DNA from: a bacterium
Lineage (GTDB): Bacteria; UBP14; UBA6098
DNA: 64,000 nt
Assembly (NCBI GenBank): GCA_003645085.1
Contig: QNEE01000001.1
Coordinates: 1,282 to 65,281 of the forward strand
Direction of reading: 5' to 3'
The stretch's first letter is position 1. Each line of letters opens with the position of its first letter. A program made the position numbers and the translations under genes. Of the stretch, positions 21,901 to 28,501 are shown one piece after another. The notes below the pieces were generated by a model that did no database searches, had not been told where the DNA came from, and saw nothing but the letters and a program-made list of their open reading frames with translations.

Positions 21901-22401
21901 AAGGTCTATCTGGCTGGTGCCGTCGGCATAGACCGTGTCGGGTTCGGCGACGAAATAGATATAAGCCGGGTCGGTATAATTGGTAGGAAGAACGGTTATA
22001 TACAACCGTTTCGTTCGGATTTGCTCGGCGGTAACCTTGACGATAATCGTCGCCGTGTAGTTCGCCGTGCTGTCCTGTTCTGTCTGGAAAACGGTCGTAG
22101 CTATACCGCTGCTGTTTGTCAGAACCTTCTGGTTTTCGATAGTCCCATAATTCGTTGTGAACTCGACGGGAGCATCCGGAACCGGGTTCCCCGTTTCCGT
22201 TCCGACTACCAAAGCATAAACATTCGTCTCATCCCCCGCGATTAACGTCGAATAATCTGCCCATACGCTGTCGATTAGATAATCCGTGTCCGGGAATCCA
22301 ACCGTCCCACTTTTGCCGCAACCGCCGGCGAAAATAAGGGCAGAAATCGCAAGCGAAATTCCCGCCCAAATGATTAAACGAAATATATCTTTTTTATTCA
22401 T
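6925..22401 (-). CDS. Giant (5158 aa) cell-surface lipoprotein made of tandem bacterial Ig-like (Big_1 / invasin-intimin type) domains; putative adhesin.
   Basis: N-terminal lipoprotein signal MNKKDIFRLIIWAGISLAISALIFAGGC. Dozens of ~95-100-aa repeats sharing the motif ...TAxVxDxxGNPVxDGTxVxFxTxLGT...YTxSxGxAxxxLxSGxxxGTAxVxA... AAGGAG RBS 7 nt before ATG. Single uninterrupted ORF of 15.5 kb. Confidence 0.85.
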   Translation of the reverse strand: MNKKDIFRLIIWAGISLAISALIFAGGCGKSGTVGFPDTDYLIDSVWADYSTLIAGDETNVYALVVGTETGNPVPDAPVEFTTNYGTIENQKVLTNSSGIATTVFQTEQDSTANYTATIIVKVTAEQIRTKRLYITVLPTNYTDPAYIYFVAEPDTVYADGTSQIDLTATVLDASYSGLQNHKVLFNFIEGNLGDIILTVDNYAITDADGIVTGHFIAPNTGRLVVMSATVQGIYDSVSAVDSIWILEIPDVDFIDLRADPTSIPADGNSETELSAYVTVGATGTPAPDGTEILFTAEDGTLLPIEAYKSAPAEEVGRGRIAPNSKKTSPAMAALRHPAALTFKRRPAVSMVAYTVDGYARLRLRSSTTAHKVELTASAAVGTTGTIADTAYVTFTAGDPISVVVDAARTVINADGHDTTLITATVYDEYGNTCNTGWTVDFATDKGTVFPASALTDTAGRATTVLTSGVTTGYARVTATCEGASGYTEVLLTSTIPKYIQLNALPNQLPADGLSQSIITAEVLDSLYNPVTDGVRIKFFTDLGTLSSSRVRQRSLLDKGKGNFTADSREATTSGGFCSVILTSGYLADSCMVAAWYQMFDTLLADTVITATDTIYIPFLPGEPSRIDVSFSRDSILADNQDTCTVWADVFDAYDNPVGAGIQVTFSTDEDGGSVNPVSDNTDATGRAQTELTSSRNTGWHTITATASGATPGHGQIYFYPILPKELRVLADFDSATADGADQCTILVYITDDYDRPCSDGTPVTFRTDMGTFMPLARRTALFTGDGGDIGVIERISEEKDIAESAPRARVDPRSLMGGGSPAYDMAPFYDEFTTYTGEGSLLPGYAGVLLIAPTTIGTTWVYVSVVTGVADSAVDSMQVAFMPDVPMRIELTATPDTIPADSASSSIIEAYLTDAHFNPVGEGHLVEFSMVTGSEDFGHLTLETQITNAASICSTKFKSHYTTGEAVINAKLISDPDVTQNVSVWLTGALAGDIVLSIDSTTLDFESRMGVTAEVFDSIGAPITDGTIVNFTVEPVGYGEVVPAHPITSGGVATAEFRADTFAGDCDIIATVGSVADTKTVYIGPGAAGEIVLTTDSLHVHIGKTMGVKAQVYDSLGDPIRDGARVHFTVDLPEIGFVDPASPTTTDGQALATFHPDTIAGRGVIIATCDAVADTKTITVGPGPVATIILTATPDTLLSAGGERSEIVAECYDAFGNHAESGRDVTFEAIPDTMGNVISPMATDSLGVARTTYTGGTIVGRVVIRASIDGAVETVPIEIISTGPAYIIIYTDDIEITVGGNTVVHASVFDAGGRPVSDDTQVDFTASRGTLVPGFGFTVGGEASAELHATTAALVDTIIASADSGMIADTAFVHYVADCPVYIEVDVDPDSIFADGRARSTITATVRDVYLNYARPGTPILFDFDPGITIVPGLISTPAIVDSQGEAHTIYRASNVVGTAAMIAKYVNGPYGNYPADEITAQALFDVEQIEPIAAYITVTANPNRVVANGTDSTVVKARVLNEYAEPVADGTVVRFWNRDIYTGFPVGDMDTFAVTAGGDASITWRAPEIVTKAVVYGDVYGLSDSSIVEFIAGDVARVTVQVTPDSVPADGISTADVIATVYDAYDNPVSGVEVTFSAAPFGSFAVTVGNTDSLGQVTTEIYSDVIGVTWVSASAEDEGGTVYTDYDDVCFTTIVAAEIYLSSDTASLVADGISTTTIRAFVSDSSGFSVPDNTPIRFSTDLGFVFPGIGYTVDGEATTTLRSATTVGTATITGDAGDSVTGTCTVDFVPGPPATITLTAIPSSIPADGDTYTTIQAVVYDLNDNLVGAGEKINFSTTLGTIDSAAYTNSLGEATVRLYSGITPGTAVVWGVSGTAIGQTTVDLTNTQADDMFLYVDPVEIVADGYSTADVSGRVVNDLGGPISDGSPVVLSVTTDSLGPYGNMMPRTAHTDSGWFYATLTADRNAGTAYIIAEASPTVIESVMIELIPGPPDSIYIEASDTIIPADSFSTSDIHVEIFDRYDNPVDAGVTVGFDANKGTIDPTTETTNSFGHANALFTSGRVPGEARVRVSAEEAHNEIYLILTNSDVRYISVTTDTSAIVADALSSTFVRAYVTDSLGMPISDGTPVYFSIDTVSGLPDDTAKAFISPTVGFTTDGEAVVQIRSATETGRIWVQACTDSTNCANTFLDLIAGPVDSIEAWADDAAIPANGEAFTIVHARLYDRYGNSVGAGIEVRFETTAGSITPNVTYTNSSGQADAVLTAGVVPTIARIDIEAEGRHAVVQVNLDIAPPAYLSLRAEPRRIPADGESYSTVTAKVLNELGQPINDGTLVIFHSVDGGGADFGSIDTLATTTDGEAVVRLYSEPNTGTAYVSARVADSLSDTVQVIFTPGPPFSVTMQAIPNVLYANGSSICTVRTWVYDEYSNLVESGERINFVVGPESELGTMFPTYTFTDITGPSDVTFQAGVGVGRAVITGTCESGPAGYTMIDLIPLTVGAIDLFTDSMSLIADGVSQTIVHALVLDTSGVGVSDSTPIFFTTSAGNIFPGVAYTTSGAAEVTLRASSDVDTAMVIGYVGDPTDTYYVSDTVYVSFRAGEPYLIEIIPDSASLIADGASRTDINAYVFDPMGNRVAPGHLVYFSTTLGNIDTIAVTEIIAGTTGVAITSLQSGIVPGTALITATSGEAVDVGRVDFIPANVDEMFITIDPSLLVADGRSSAEVSGMVRNSLGNPITDGTPVHIYVIPDTSGIDLGYISPGTAYTDSGSFVSTFTAGTKAQTCHIVGYVGDTLGFYISDSVSCDLVPGEPDSIYMAASIGTLPADSFSVDTIRAYVFDRFGNPVRGGIEVTFSTSRGEVFPVSDETNSAGVVEVYLRSSFDQGVARVVGRSGIARGEVDVVFTPTNVFTVALMVDDVVMQADGYSETTCRASVLDSLGNPVSDGTPVIFSMWPDTIWDTLLTPSDTLGSLIPTIAYTTTGIAETQFRVTTKRGRVWIQASVDTISDAVFIQILPGVLSFIDIQSNPDTIAANGRDESQITATLYDDFGNRLLSGESVSFGTDLGTIAPSNTMTNSAGDAFSMLTAGTEPGIARVWAQSSGKFELTQVTFRKSDVGALLLTADPVELVADGMSQSIITCQVFDWEGSPITDGTRVNFRVRPADTAGTVVSPKLTFGGSCVTIFTASTQVGTGEAWIIGEVFDTMAVPPDTLIDSVRIFVKPGPATTINVWSDTAHTPTDTIWADGADDIFIYAEVLDQYGNHLEAGENVRFETSLGTITPTAITDTSGIAKSLLVAGLEPGNAVILAYCGEAMGYGEINLQATTVDNVLLVADSAELVANGTSTTKLYAYVYSAGGHLVSNNTQVRFEVPSGLALPLPADAYTDSGVATTVLKADTVATPGIEIWAIAGSDTGRTTIRLNPGPASRIVAYAIPGTLYADGASVAAIACTVYDRYPNPVAPATPVSFETTLGSIIPTGYTNTSGYAFTRLTASTESGHALVTIRCGEAIEFVDVFFDSLTAAEIIVNVIPTILPGDGTSTADITAYVYDAGGLPVSDNTRVTFTQDTTGGRPTGIITPRIAFTSGGQATAILTAPVDVGQGLIIGTVGATVVDSAMVTYIPGEPATIEFDTTYADTLPADGAGYDVVVRVYDAYHNPVNIGTEVTFETSRGEIISPSVVDSDSGTARTLLSSMETGPAFVTARSGVAVGSRPYYFYALTADVIDLVANPIRILADGSSTSNLLASVLDTTGGIRPVSDNTPVFFESRGGGIVTPRTAYTVDGQVTAQLIAGITTGPDTIIASVSPTVADTAVVDFIPGPPAIVAFVLPIRDMYADGADTQTVWVEVTDAFGNPVTPGLPISYDITIGYVTPASATNDSGFSYTVVIAETDFGTASLSARCSGVTGYATLNFLPLLAESLLLVVNPPQLTANGVETANLTAVVWDSTGLPVSDGTMVRFGTSDGIISPAVAYTLGGVATSSLIAGTTPADTVYVTASAGGTAIDTAYARFVPGPPSVMYISASDTVISANSADICTIFVEVYDEYGNPVSPGEEVTFSATLGDIVTTAYTDSSGRASVRLVSGSVSGFSNVTATSGDAHANILIEFTSTEVKEVNLTVVPTILTADGASTADVIVYVLDTTDNPVSDGTTVRFSDLSLGNVSPVFTTTTDGEANATITAYTSVGWDSLVATCGDSTDTVAILFESGPPAYVWLTPGRTTLMADETDTTMIHGEITDAFGNKVGAGHAVNFSIDPPDYGTIWSVAATDDSGWVDVPFRAGRYAGVAIVRANCEGAEGVTQIQLDPTDVGEVILSITPRYMPADGVTFADITAFVADTLGMPIADGTIVRFGQDTTLGSVEGLLNPNRETTTDGGATVHLFTPTVIGSTFVYAYVDTIYSDTISVYFLPGDIAVVRFDTNFVQLYADGVDTLADSVWVEDAFGNGIPGEAITFTLDLGSVTPPMAVTGPLGGVPFKVTSPTRIGSSYLQATSGGVNGYLPIDYLATTVDTIIISISPRGLPADGISTADVHVTVLDSLGNPVSDGVTVRFTAQMGLITPVDSLLSGVAEAILVAADTSGVDTIRAICQSETAFVTITYEAGSPDEITLTVVPDTATVGSSITSIVSGYVTDAADNPVAPGTYVYLSVDSVGTGSVADPIVATDDSGFYATLYTPGLNAGLTGITATVDGLSEHANILLYAGPPHTMDIAVSRDFIYIRGVGEIDQAVIEAVIYDEYDNPVRDSCAVVFRIVDYPTGGSINPELIPGGALVSDTVYTMAGRASVAARSGDRSGSMVVEAVAYIPGGGSIDSRAPRITIGSGLPFNVSVSREDCNVRGWDIDGVSNSIMAIVTDTFDNPVAPGTAVWFTALQGAITTSSVTDDSGFAFATWYSADPRGTTGIVTIIAETRDTSGVRADTVYFYNSGPADSMAISISPAVVYADATGTAEIQVSIWDVNRNPVTDGTSVNLITDWGSVTSPVTSVNECYSSYAVSTYTGANVFRDDYCGQDTAKAVNVTANIGGVVTSGTVYLKHDLPSSSNSTINAPSSVPYTCDFITSVRIVDQWDNPICGEDITLSGANVTIVTANPQTTGNTGEASWTCTAADTGGASIGVLMATINSTGGMLTTQVGYARRRPGRPPEEDIEGIPETVIEAPRTEFYIKEEQ

Positions 22402-22475
22402 AGAGACGCTCCTTTATTCTTAAATTGGCAAACTCTCTATTACACTTACTATTATACTAATTCTCTTTAAGTGGA
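22402..22475 (-). promoter_or_regulatory. Candidate promoter/5' leader of the giant adhesin gene, inside a 346-bp AT-rich intergenic region (22402-22747).
   Basis: On the minus strand the sequence reads ...TTAAAGAGAATTAGTATAATAGTAAG... (TATAAT-like -10) about 50 nt upstream of the RBS/ATG. The region is markedly AT-rich compared with its flanks. Confidence 0.3.
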
Positions 22476-22747
22476 TTGTCAAGGGAAATTTCGTTTTTTA
22501 TGCACAGAAAACCTTTAGGTGAAAATGGTTATCCCTAAAATCCACCTAATATTTTTTGTTTTTACTATATATAATAAAAAAGATGCAAATTTTATGCCGT
22601 AGAAGAAACCCACTTAAATAAAGGCTTTGCGGATTATGTTGCAGGTGAGTTTATTGCATTTTGCACGAAAAAACTTTATAATGCAATTCTCTATAGAAAT
22701 ACGTTCCGGGAGGTTCATCCGAACCGGAAAGAACGGTATATTCCGTA

Positions 22748-23713
22748 TTAAAAAACCAATCTTAGGGTATCTCTTGAAATACCTTTTGCTCCAAACCCCT
22801 CTTTGAAACGGGCAAGACCGAAATTCGGCTCCATATCGAGCGTATAGGTCCCGAAATCCAGCCATGAAAATCCTCGCTCTATCGCCCACTGGAAAATATG
22901 CCGGAAAACGAGATTCAGCGGACGGAATTCCTGCGCGTCTTCACGGTGGCTTATGTAAAAAGCAATAACGGCCTGTTCGTCGACCTCCCAGATATTGACT
23001 CCCGCGACCGGTTCACCGTCGAGTATGGCATTAAATTGATGTATCTTGTCGGGAAAACGTTTTTTCAGGTCGAGAAGTTCTTCGAGCGTATGTGTTGGTT
23101 TGGTGTTATGCCGGGCGTATAGATTGGCCTTTAAGATATCGTAGAACGCCGGAATATCGCCTTGCTCTGTTACTTTAACACCGGCTTTTTCCGCTTTTCG
23201 CGCGGCTGTGCGCGCTTCCGGACGGAATAACGCAAAGGCTTCCTCTCCCGTTTTCCCGAGCCTGAGCACAGCCGTTAATTCGCGTTTAACAATTACTCCG
23301 CCGTGCCGCATAAGCGCAAAATCTACGTGCTCATCCGGAAAGCGATGATATACCAGCGGAACTCGCGTGAACTCGATTCCTTCAAAATCGTTTCTTATTG
23401 CCCACTCAATCCAGACATCGACCATACGATGCGCCGGTCTTATTCCTACCTTTGTCGAACAGGCTATGCCGCCGAAACTCGCTCCGGGATGGCTTGCGTA
23501 TATCCGTTTTCCGTCTCTGAAAGCGACTGCCCCGGGAAGAACTCCGGCCCATTTACCCCTGTCGTCGAAAATAAGATGGTGATGTTCGAATCTATCATCG
23601 GGATGGTAACTTAAAAACCGTTGGGTATGGAATATCGTGCCGTTGTTCGCTTTTGAAACGAAATCGTCCCAGCGAGCGGCAAGTTCGGGTGTATATTCGA
23701 TAGCTTTCATCAA
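22748..23713 (-). CDS. FemAB-like / GNAT-fold acyltransferase (VimA/EpsI-like family).
   Basis: 321 aa. No signal peptide. Acetyltransferase-like C-terminal half (…NIWEVDEQAVIAFYISHREDAQEFRPLNLVFRHIFQWAIERGFSWLDFG…) resembling BioF2-like/FemAB-family (Acetyltransf_6) proteins. Start ATG overlaps the stop of the upstream gene (ATGA). Confidence 0.55.
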   Translation of the reverse strand: MMKAIEYTPELAARWDDFVSKANNGTIFHTQRFLSYHPDDRFEHHHLIFDDRGKWAGVLPGAVAFRDGKRIYASHPGASFGGIACSTKVGIRPAHRMVDVWIEWAIRNDFEGIEFTRVPLVYHRFPDEHVDFALMRHGGVIVKRELTAVLRLGKTGEEAFALFRPEARTAARKAEKAGVKVTEQGDIPAFYDILKANLYARHNTKPTHTLEELLDLKKRFPDKIHQFNAILDGEPVAGVNIWEVDEQAVIAFYISHREDAQEFRPLNLVFRHIFQWAIERGFSWLDFGTYTLDMEPNFGLARFKEGFGAKGISRDTLRLVF

Positions 23714-25980
23714 TCTCCCCTGATTAATGCCACTTTGCCGCGGAGAGTTCCGCTACTCGACGGTGCCGACAGCAGATAAATTCCACTTGCAACCGGTTCT
23801 CCAGCGTTGTTTCGACCGTCCCATAAAGCCGTCGATATGGATGACCTATCTGAAACAGATATTGTCCGGATAGGTTGGCCATCGGGCGTATAAATATACA
23901 GATGGGCATCGGACGGTATTCCGGAAATACTCACCATATCCGTAGCTTTCCTATACCAGATGAAAGGATTGGGATAAACGACGAGTTCACCGTCGGACTC
24001 GGAACCCTCACCCAGTCCAGTATGAAGAACACTTATCGCGCCCTCGCCACAGAACCAGACATCGCCGGTTGTAGGATTAAAAGCTACCGCGTAAAGAACC
24101 TCGGTAGCGAGGTCGGTTCGTTCTTCTGGGAGTATATCGGGGGTATAGCTGGTTCTTATGGCGTGCCATGAGCTATCGGAGCTGCGATACATCGCCGCAC
24201 CGCTCTGGTCGGTAGTAATCCACACGTTGTTCCATTTATCGACAACTATATCGTTTACGCCGCTGCCGGCGTTTTCTGGAAGAGCCTGAATCGTAACCAG
24301 GCCGAATGCCGGGTCGATACTCGCGACGCCCCCCGCTACCGCAACCCAGGCTTTCCCTGTCGTATCCACATCGACTCTCTTCGCCGACGCACTCGGCAAT
24401 TCGTCGTTATAATTAACCACGAAGTCGTCCGAAAAACTTTCGAGGTCCGGCCCCACATCGACCATCGTAACCCCCTCGTCTTTGAGGACCAGCCAGATAC
24501 GACCCGAGCCGGCGGCTATATCGTAGACCAGATTATTCGGGAATCCCGACACTCCACTATAATAGCTCACAATCGGGTTTTCGAGGTCGCCATGTCTTTC
24601 GAATGCTGCCGCGACGAGATTCGATATAGCGAAATAGTTCGTTATCCACATCACATCCCGTTCGTCGTCGTAGGCTAACGCCCAGCAAAGCTCGTCATTT
24701 TCGCAACCGGGGTAACCCGTTAAAATGCTATTCGTTCGGTCGAATATCTCCCAGTCTCCGTTCGTAAAACGTTTATAGACACCGTATCCACTCGTTCCCG
24801 CCCACAATGTTCCGTCGCAATCGAGTTCTACCGCCTCGATTTTATATATGGTATTATATACTGCCATACTTATCGAGTCCGAAGAATCGGGTTCCATCGA
24901 CCTCGTATCGAAAACAGTCCATACGCCGTCGCGAAAACGGTTTATTCCATATCCGTGTGCTACTACCCAGACGTCGCCATTGGGAGCTATAGCTATATCG
25001 GTGAATCCTCCTCCGCGAGGGCAATTTATTGCATACGGCCATACAGTATCGTTTATCATCACACCGAAACCGACTTCGAGGCCGACATAAAGGGAATCGT
25101 TTAGCACTGTTCCTCGGTGTGCGGGGAAATAACCCTCGACTTGAATACGGTCGAAATCGCCGGGGTGGTCGTAGATAAAAAGCCCCGAATGACCTGCGGC
25201 GTAAAATTCCCCTTTATAATAGAAAAAACCGTCGATATCGCGGTCGTTCATCCAGGAATCGCTAACGGTGTCTATAATTATCCCGTCTGTCCAGAAAATC
25301 GTCGGCATATCCGTCGCTTGCTCCAGAGCGAACCACACACCGCCGGAATCGGCCATTAATGCCGTTATCGGTCTGTCCGTGCCTATAGTCTGCCATGCCT
25401 CGGGAACAAAAAGGTTGCTTCCAAGCCTACCGAAGGCAAGCCCCTCGTCGGTTCCAACCCAGAGAACCGTATCGTCCGCGGCGACACGGTTTACGGCTAT
25501 ATTGCTTTCGTAATCTCCGAATTTCATATAATTTTCGGCGACCTCTACAGCCTCGTAGCCCGGTAGAACGTTGAGTTTGCTGATACCCTGTCCCGTAGCC
25601 GCGTATAGATTTTCTCCCGCGGGAATAAGGTCGTTAACGGGAATATTAGCTCGTAAAAGGTCGGAATAGGTTGTCCAGACCTCGCCGTCCAAACGGCCGA
25701 GAGCGCCATTCGAGCAACCGTAATAGAGCTTGCCGTTATGAACAACCAAAGCCACAATCTCCAATCCACCCAACCCGTCTATATTCGTCATAATCTCGAT
25801 ATTCCCGCTACCCGGCTTATAAACCAATATCCCGCCCTTCGTTCCGGTATAAATCTTGCCTTCGAAAGACGCGATACTCATCGCATAGTTCATATCGGCA
25901 AACGTCTCCCAGGTTCCGGGAACCTGCGTTAAAGCAGTAACGACAAGCGATAAAGTAATTATTAAGTATAGGATTTTCAT
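23710..25980 (-). CDS. Secreted beta-propeller repeat protein (two-component-regulator-propeller-like repeats) with T9SS C-terminal domain.
   Basis: Signal peptide MKILYLIITLSLVVTALTQV. Repeated ...G-L--Y... propeller-like blades. C-terminus VVYPNPFIWYRKATDMVSISGIPSDAHLYIYTPDGQPIRTISVS...GIYLLSAPSSSGTLRGKVALIR is a T9SS CTD. Confidence 0.7.
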   Translation of the reverse strand: MKILYLIITLSLVVTALTQVPGTWETFADMNYAMSIASFEGKIYTGTKGGILVYKPGSGNIEIMTNIDGLGGLEIVALVVHNGKLYYGCSNGALGRLDGEVWTTYSDLLRANIPVNDLIPAGENLYAATGQGISKLNVLPGYEAVEVAENYMKFGDYESNIAVNRVAADDTVLWVGTDEGLAFGRLGSNLFVPEAWQTIGTDRPITALMADSGGVWFALEQATDMPTIFWTDGIIIDTVSDSWMNDRDIDGFFYYKGEFYAAGHSGLFIYDHPGDFDRIQVEGYFPAHRGTVLNDSLYVGLEVGFGVMINDTVWPYAINCPRGGGFTDIAIAPNGDVWVVAHGYGINRFRDGVWTVFDTRSMEPDSSDSISMAVYNTIYKIEAVELDCDGTLWAGTSGYGVYKRFTNGDWEIFDRTNSILTGYPGCENDELCWALAYDDERDVMWITNYFAISNLVAAAFERHGDLENPIVSYYSGVSGFPNNLVYDIAAGSGRIWLVLKDEGVTMVDVGPDLESFSDDFVVNYNDELPSASAKRVDVDTTGKAWVAVAGGVASIDPAFGLVTIQALPENAGSGVNDIVVDKWNNVWITTDQSGAAMYRSSDSSWHAIRTSYTPDILPEERTDLATEVLYAVAFNPTTGDVWFCGEGAISVLHTGLGEGSESDGELVVYPNPFIWYRKATDMVSISGIPSDAHLYIYTPDGQPIRTISVSDRSSISTALWDGRNNAGEPVASGIYLLSAPSSSGTLRGKVALIRGD

Positions 25981-27437
25981 ATTTTTTTAAAAAGGCTCGC
26001 TAAAAGCAGTAAAATCGGTGAAGCAAAAACGCTGCCGGTGCCCACCCAATCGCCGATTCTGGTGAAAAAGGTAGTTCGTTCATTCAACGGTATATCGCCT
26101 ACCAGAATGCCTTTTGTATTAAGCGGTATTTTTCCGACCATTCGACCTCTCTCATCGACAATAAGCGAGATACCCGTCTGTGCCGACCGGCCGATACCGA
26201 ATCTGTTCTCGACTGCGCGGAACCTGCAGAAATTAGCGTGTTGAAATGGTCCCGGGGTTGTGCCGAACCAGCCGTCGTTGGTTATATTCGCCAGGAATCG
26301 CGCCCCGTTCAAAGCGAATCGCCGCGCCGACCGTCCGAAAAGAACCTCGTAACAAATAGGACTCGAGAACTTCATCCCGTCTACATCGAAGACCACCGCT
26401 TTTTTCCCGCGCGCGAAATGGCTACCTCCGAGGTCGATTTTCTTTAGAAAAGGGAAAATGTCCTGAAAAGGTATCTGCTCGCTCATCGGAACGAGGTTCA
26501 TTTTATGATATACTCCTGCGACTTTCGTAGATGTTATCACCATAGCAGCATTATAATAGAAATTCTTCCTATCGGCCGGGTCGAAATCGAGTGTTCCGGT
26601 AAGTATTGGTGCCCCGGCCCGTTCGGAAGCGGCGGCCAGGTCGGCCACAATCTCCGGGTGGTTCCTGTGATAATATGCCGTTGCGGTCTCGGGAAGGACT
26701 ATAAGGTCGACCTTCTCTCCGATAGAATCTATCATCGCCGCATAGTAATCGATGTTTTTACGTCGGAATCTCCCGGACCATTTAAGGTCGGCGGAAATGT
26801 TCCCCTGCATCAGGGCTATACGGATATTCTCGCCGGCGGGAGGCTGTTTAAGCCGCCAGATACCATAACCGATGGGTATCGCAAAAACAACCAGAAGAGC
26901 CAGGCCGAATGTCCATTTCCTTTTCTCCGATATGGCTATACTCGCGATAAGAATGTTTATCACTATAACCCAAAAACTAATTCCCCTATGCCCGATTATA
27001 TCGGCCATCTGTATTATGACGATATAAGGGCCTTGTGTATAGCCAATATCCATCCACGGAAAACCTATCCTTCCAAAACCGCGCAGAAATTCCATACCGG
27101 TCCAGAGTATCGGCGCCGCCGCGAGCGCGAGAGGCAGGTTCCGCCTCTCGATAAACGAAAATACGACTCCAAACAGACCGTTATAAAGCGAGAGAATCAA
27201 GACCGCGCCTATCATACCGGCTACGGTCGGCAGAGCTATCCAATAGAGCGAAAGAAGGTTCGACGTAAAACCCCATATATAGGTCAACATAAAAGCGCTT
27301 CTATAATTTTTATCACGGAGGACAAATAGCAGTGGCACGACACAAAAATATGCCAGAAACGTGGTAAAAAAAGGAGGCTGTGACGAAGAAAAAAGCACTC
27401 CTCCGGCAACCGCGAAAACGACATCACGGAAATACAT
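25977..27437 (-). CDS. lnt: Apolipoprotein N-acyltransferase. Start assigned to the internal ATG at 27437; the ORF extends to 27512, which would overlap purM.
   Basis: N-terminal multi-TM region followed by a CN-hydrolase domain (…KVDLIVLPETATAYY…, …LANITNDGWFG…). Confidence 0.85.
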   Translation of the reverse strand: MYFRDVVFAVAGGVLFSSSQPPFFTTFLAYFCVVPLLFVLRDKNYRSAFMLTYIWGFTSNLLSLYWIALPTVAGMIGAVLILSLYNGLFGVVFSFIERRNLPLALAAAPILWTGMEFLRGFGRIGFPWMDIGYTQGPYIVIIQMADIIGHRGISFWVIVINILIASIAISEKRKWTFGLALLVVFAIPIGYGIWRLKQPPAGENIRIALMQGNISADLKWSGRFRRKNIDYYAAMIDSIGEKVDLIVLPETATAYYHRNHPEIVADLAAASERAGAPILTGTLDFDPADRKNFYYNAAMVITSTKVAGVYHKMNLVPMSEQIPFQDIFPFLKKIDLGGSHFARGKKAVVFDVDGMKFSSPICYEVLFGRSARRFALNGARFLANITNDGWFGTTPGPFQHANFCRFRAVENRFGIGRSAQTGISLIVDERGRMVGKIPLNTKGILVGDIPLNERTTFFTRIGDWVGTGSVFASPILLLLASLFKKI

Positions 27438-27457
27438 ACCTTCTCGAATATCCCTTT

Positions 27458-28501
27458 TCAAACTGTTCTCCGGAGGGTAACTGATTTTTCTCCTTCTACT
27501 ATTTCCCCACACCGAACAGCCGCTGCGCCAGCGCCGTTCAATAAAACGAGAGCCTCTGATATCCGTTTATCGGGAACCACGAGGAGATACCCCACCCCCA
27601 TATTAAATACCCTATACATCTCGTCCGGGGGGATATTACCCTCGCGGCGGATAAGCTCGAATATCGAAGGAATTTTAACATCCGAAAGGTCGACTCGAGC
27701 GGCGCAACCGTCCGGGAGAACACGAATCAAGTTTCCTTGTATTCCACCGCCCGTAATATGCGCCATTCCGTGAACCTCTACTTCTGTTGAAAGCAGAGAA
27801 CCGACCTGAGCGCGATAACTCGGGTGTATAGCCAGAAGGGCTTCGCCGACCGTTACCCCGTTCAGTATTTTCGGTGTGTCGTCGAGTTTAAACTTCCCGG
27901 AATCGAGAAGAACCATTCGTGCGAGAGAATAGCCGTTGGTCTGAAGTCCGTTGCTCGAAAGGGCTATCAATTTATCTCCGGGGCGAATCTTGCTACCATC
28001 GATAAGGGCATTTTCGGTCGTTTTGCCGATAATAAAACCGACGAGGTCGAAATCGCCCGATGAATAAACTCCGGGCATCTGAGCGGTTTCGCCGCCGATA
28101 AGCGCAAGACCGTTTCTCCGGCACGCTATAGATAGGCCCTCGACAATCTCCGCGACTCGCTCCGGCTCGAGATTGGCATAACCGATATAGTCGAGAAAAA
28201 AAAGCGGTTCGGCGCCGTGAACCAGAAGGTCGTTAACACAGTGGTTCACGAGGTCTCGACCGACCGTATTGTAAATTCCCGCGGCTGATGCTACCTTTGT
28301 TTTTGTGCCGACGCCGTCGGCGGACGCCAGTAGTAGATTATCCGACCCCGACGGAAATCGGAATACGCCTCCGAAAGCGCCGATTTCGCTCATAACATCA
28401 GGGGTAAACGTCTCTTTCGCGAGCCGGGCGATTCTATTCTTCGCCTTCTCCGCCGCAAGAATGTCGACACCCGCCTTTTTATAGGTCTCGCCGACGGTCA
28501 T
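27458..28501 (-). CDS. purM: Phosphoribosylformylglycinamidine cyclo-ligase (AIR synthetase).
   Basis: MTVGETYKKAGVDILAAEKA... and AIR synthase-related N/C domains. ATGA overlap with the upstream HD gene. Confidence 0.9.
   Translation of the reverse strand: MTVGETYKKAGVDILAAEKAKNRIARLAKETFTPDVMSEIGAFGGVFRFPSGSDNLLLASADGVGTKTKVASAAGIYNTVGRDLVNHCVNDLLVHGAEPLFFLDYIGYANLEPERVAEIVEGLSIACRRNGLALIGGETAQMPGVYSSGDFDLVGFIIGKTTENALIDGSKIRPGDKLIALSSNGLQTNGYSLARMVLLDSGKFKLDDTPKILNGVTVGEALLAIHPSYRAQVGSLLSTEVEVHGMAHITGGGIQGNLIRVLPDGCAARVDLSDVKIPSIFELIRREGNIPPDEMYRVFNMGVGYLLVVPDKRISEALVLLNGAGAAAVRCGEIVEGEKSVTLRRTV

Noticed and set aside
7061-22245. Numerous 60-325-aa ORFs on the + strand inside the giant adhesin gene (e.g. 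15739-16716, 7324-7815, 20173-20634).
   Set aside because: They are Arg/Cys-rich, low-complexity translations of the antisense strand of a clearly coding GC-rich repeat gene. There are no RBS or domain signatures. They are spurious.
22614-22889. 91-aa ORF overlapping the 3' end of the acyltransferase gene and the AT-rich intergenic region.
   Set aside because: It overlaps a better-supported gene in another frame. It has AT-rich low-complexity composition and no RBS.
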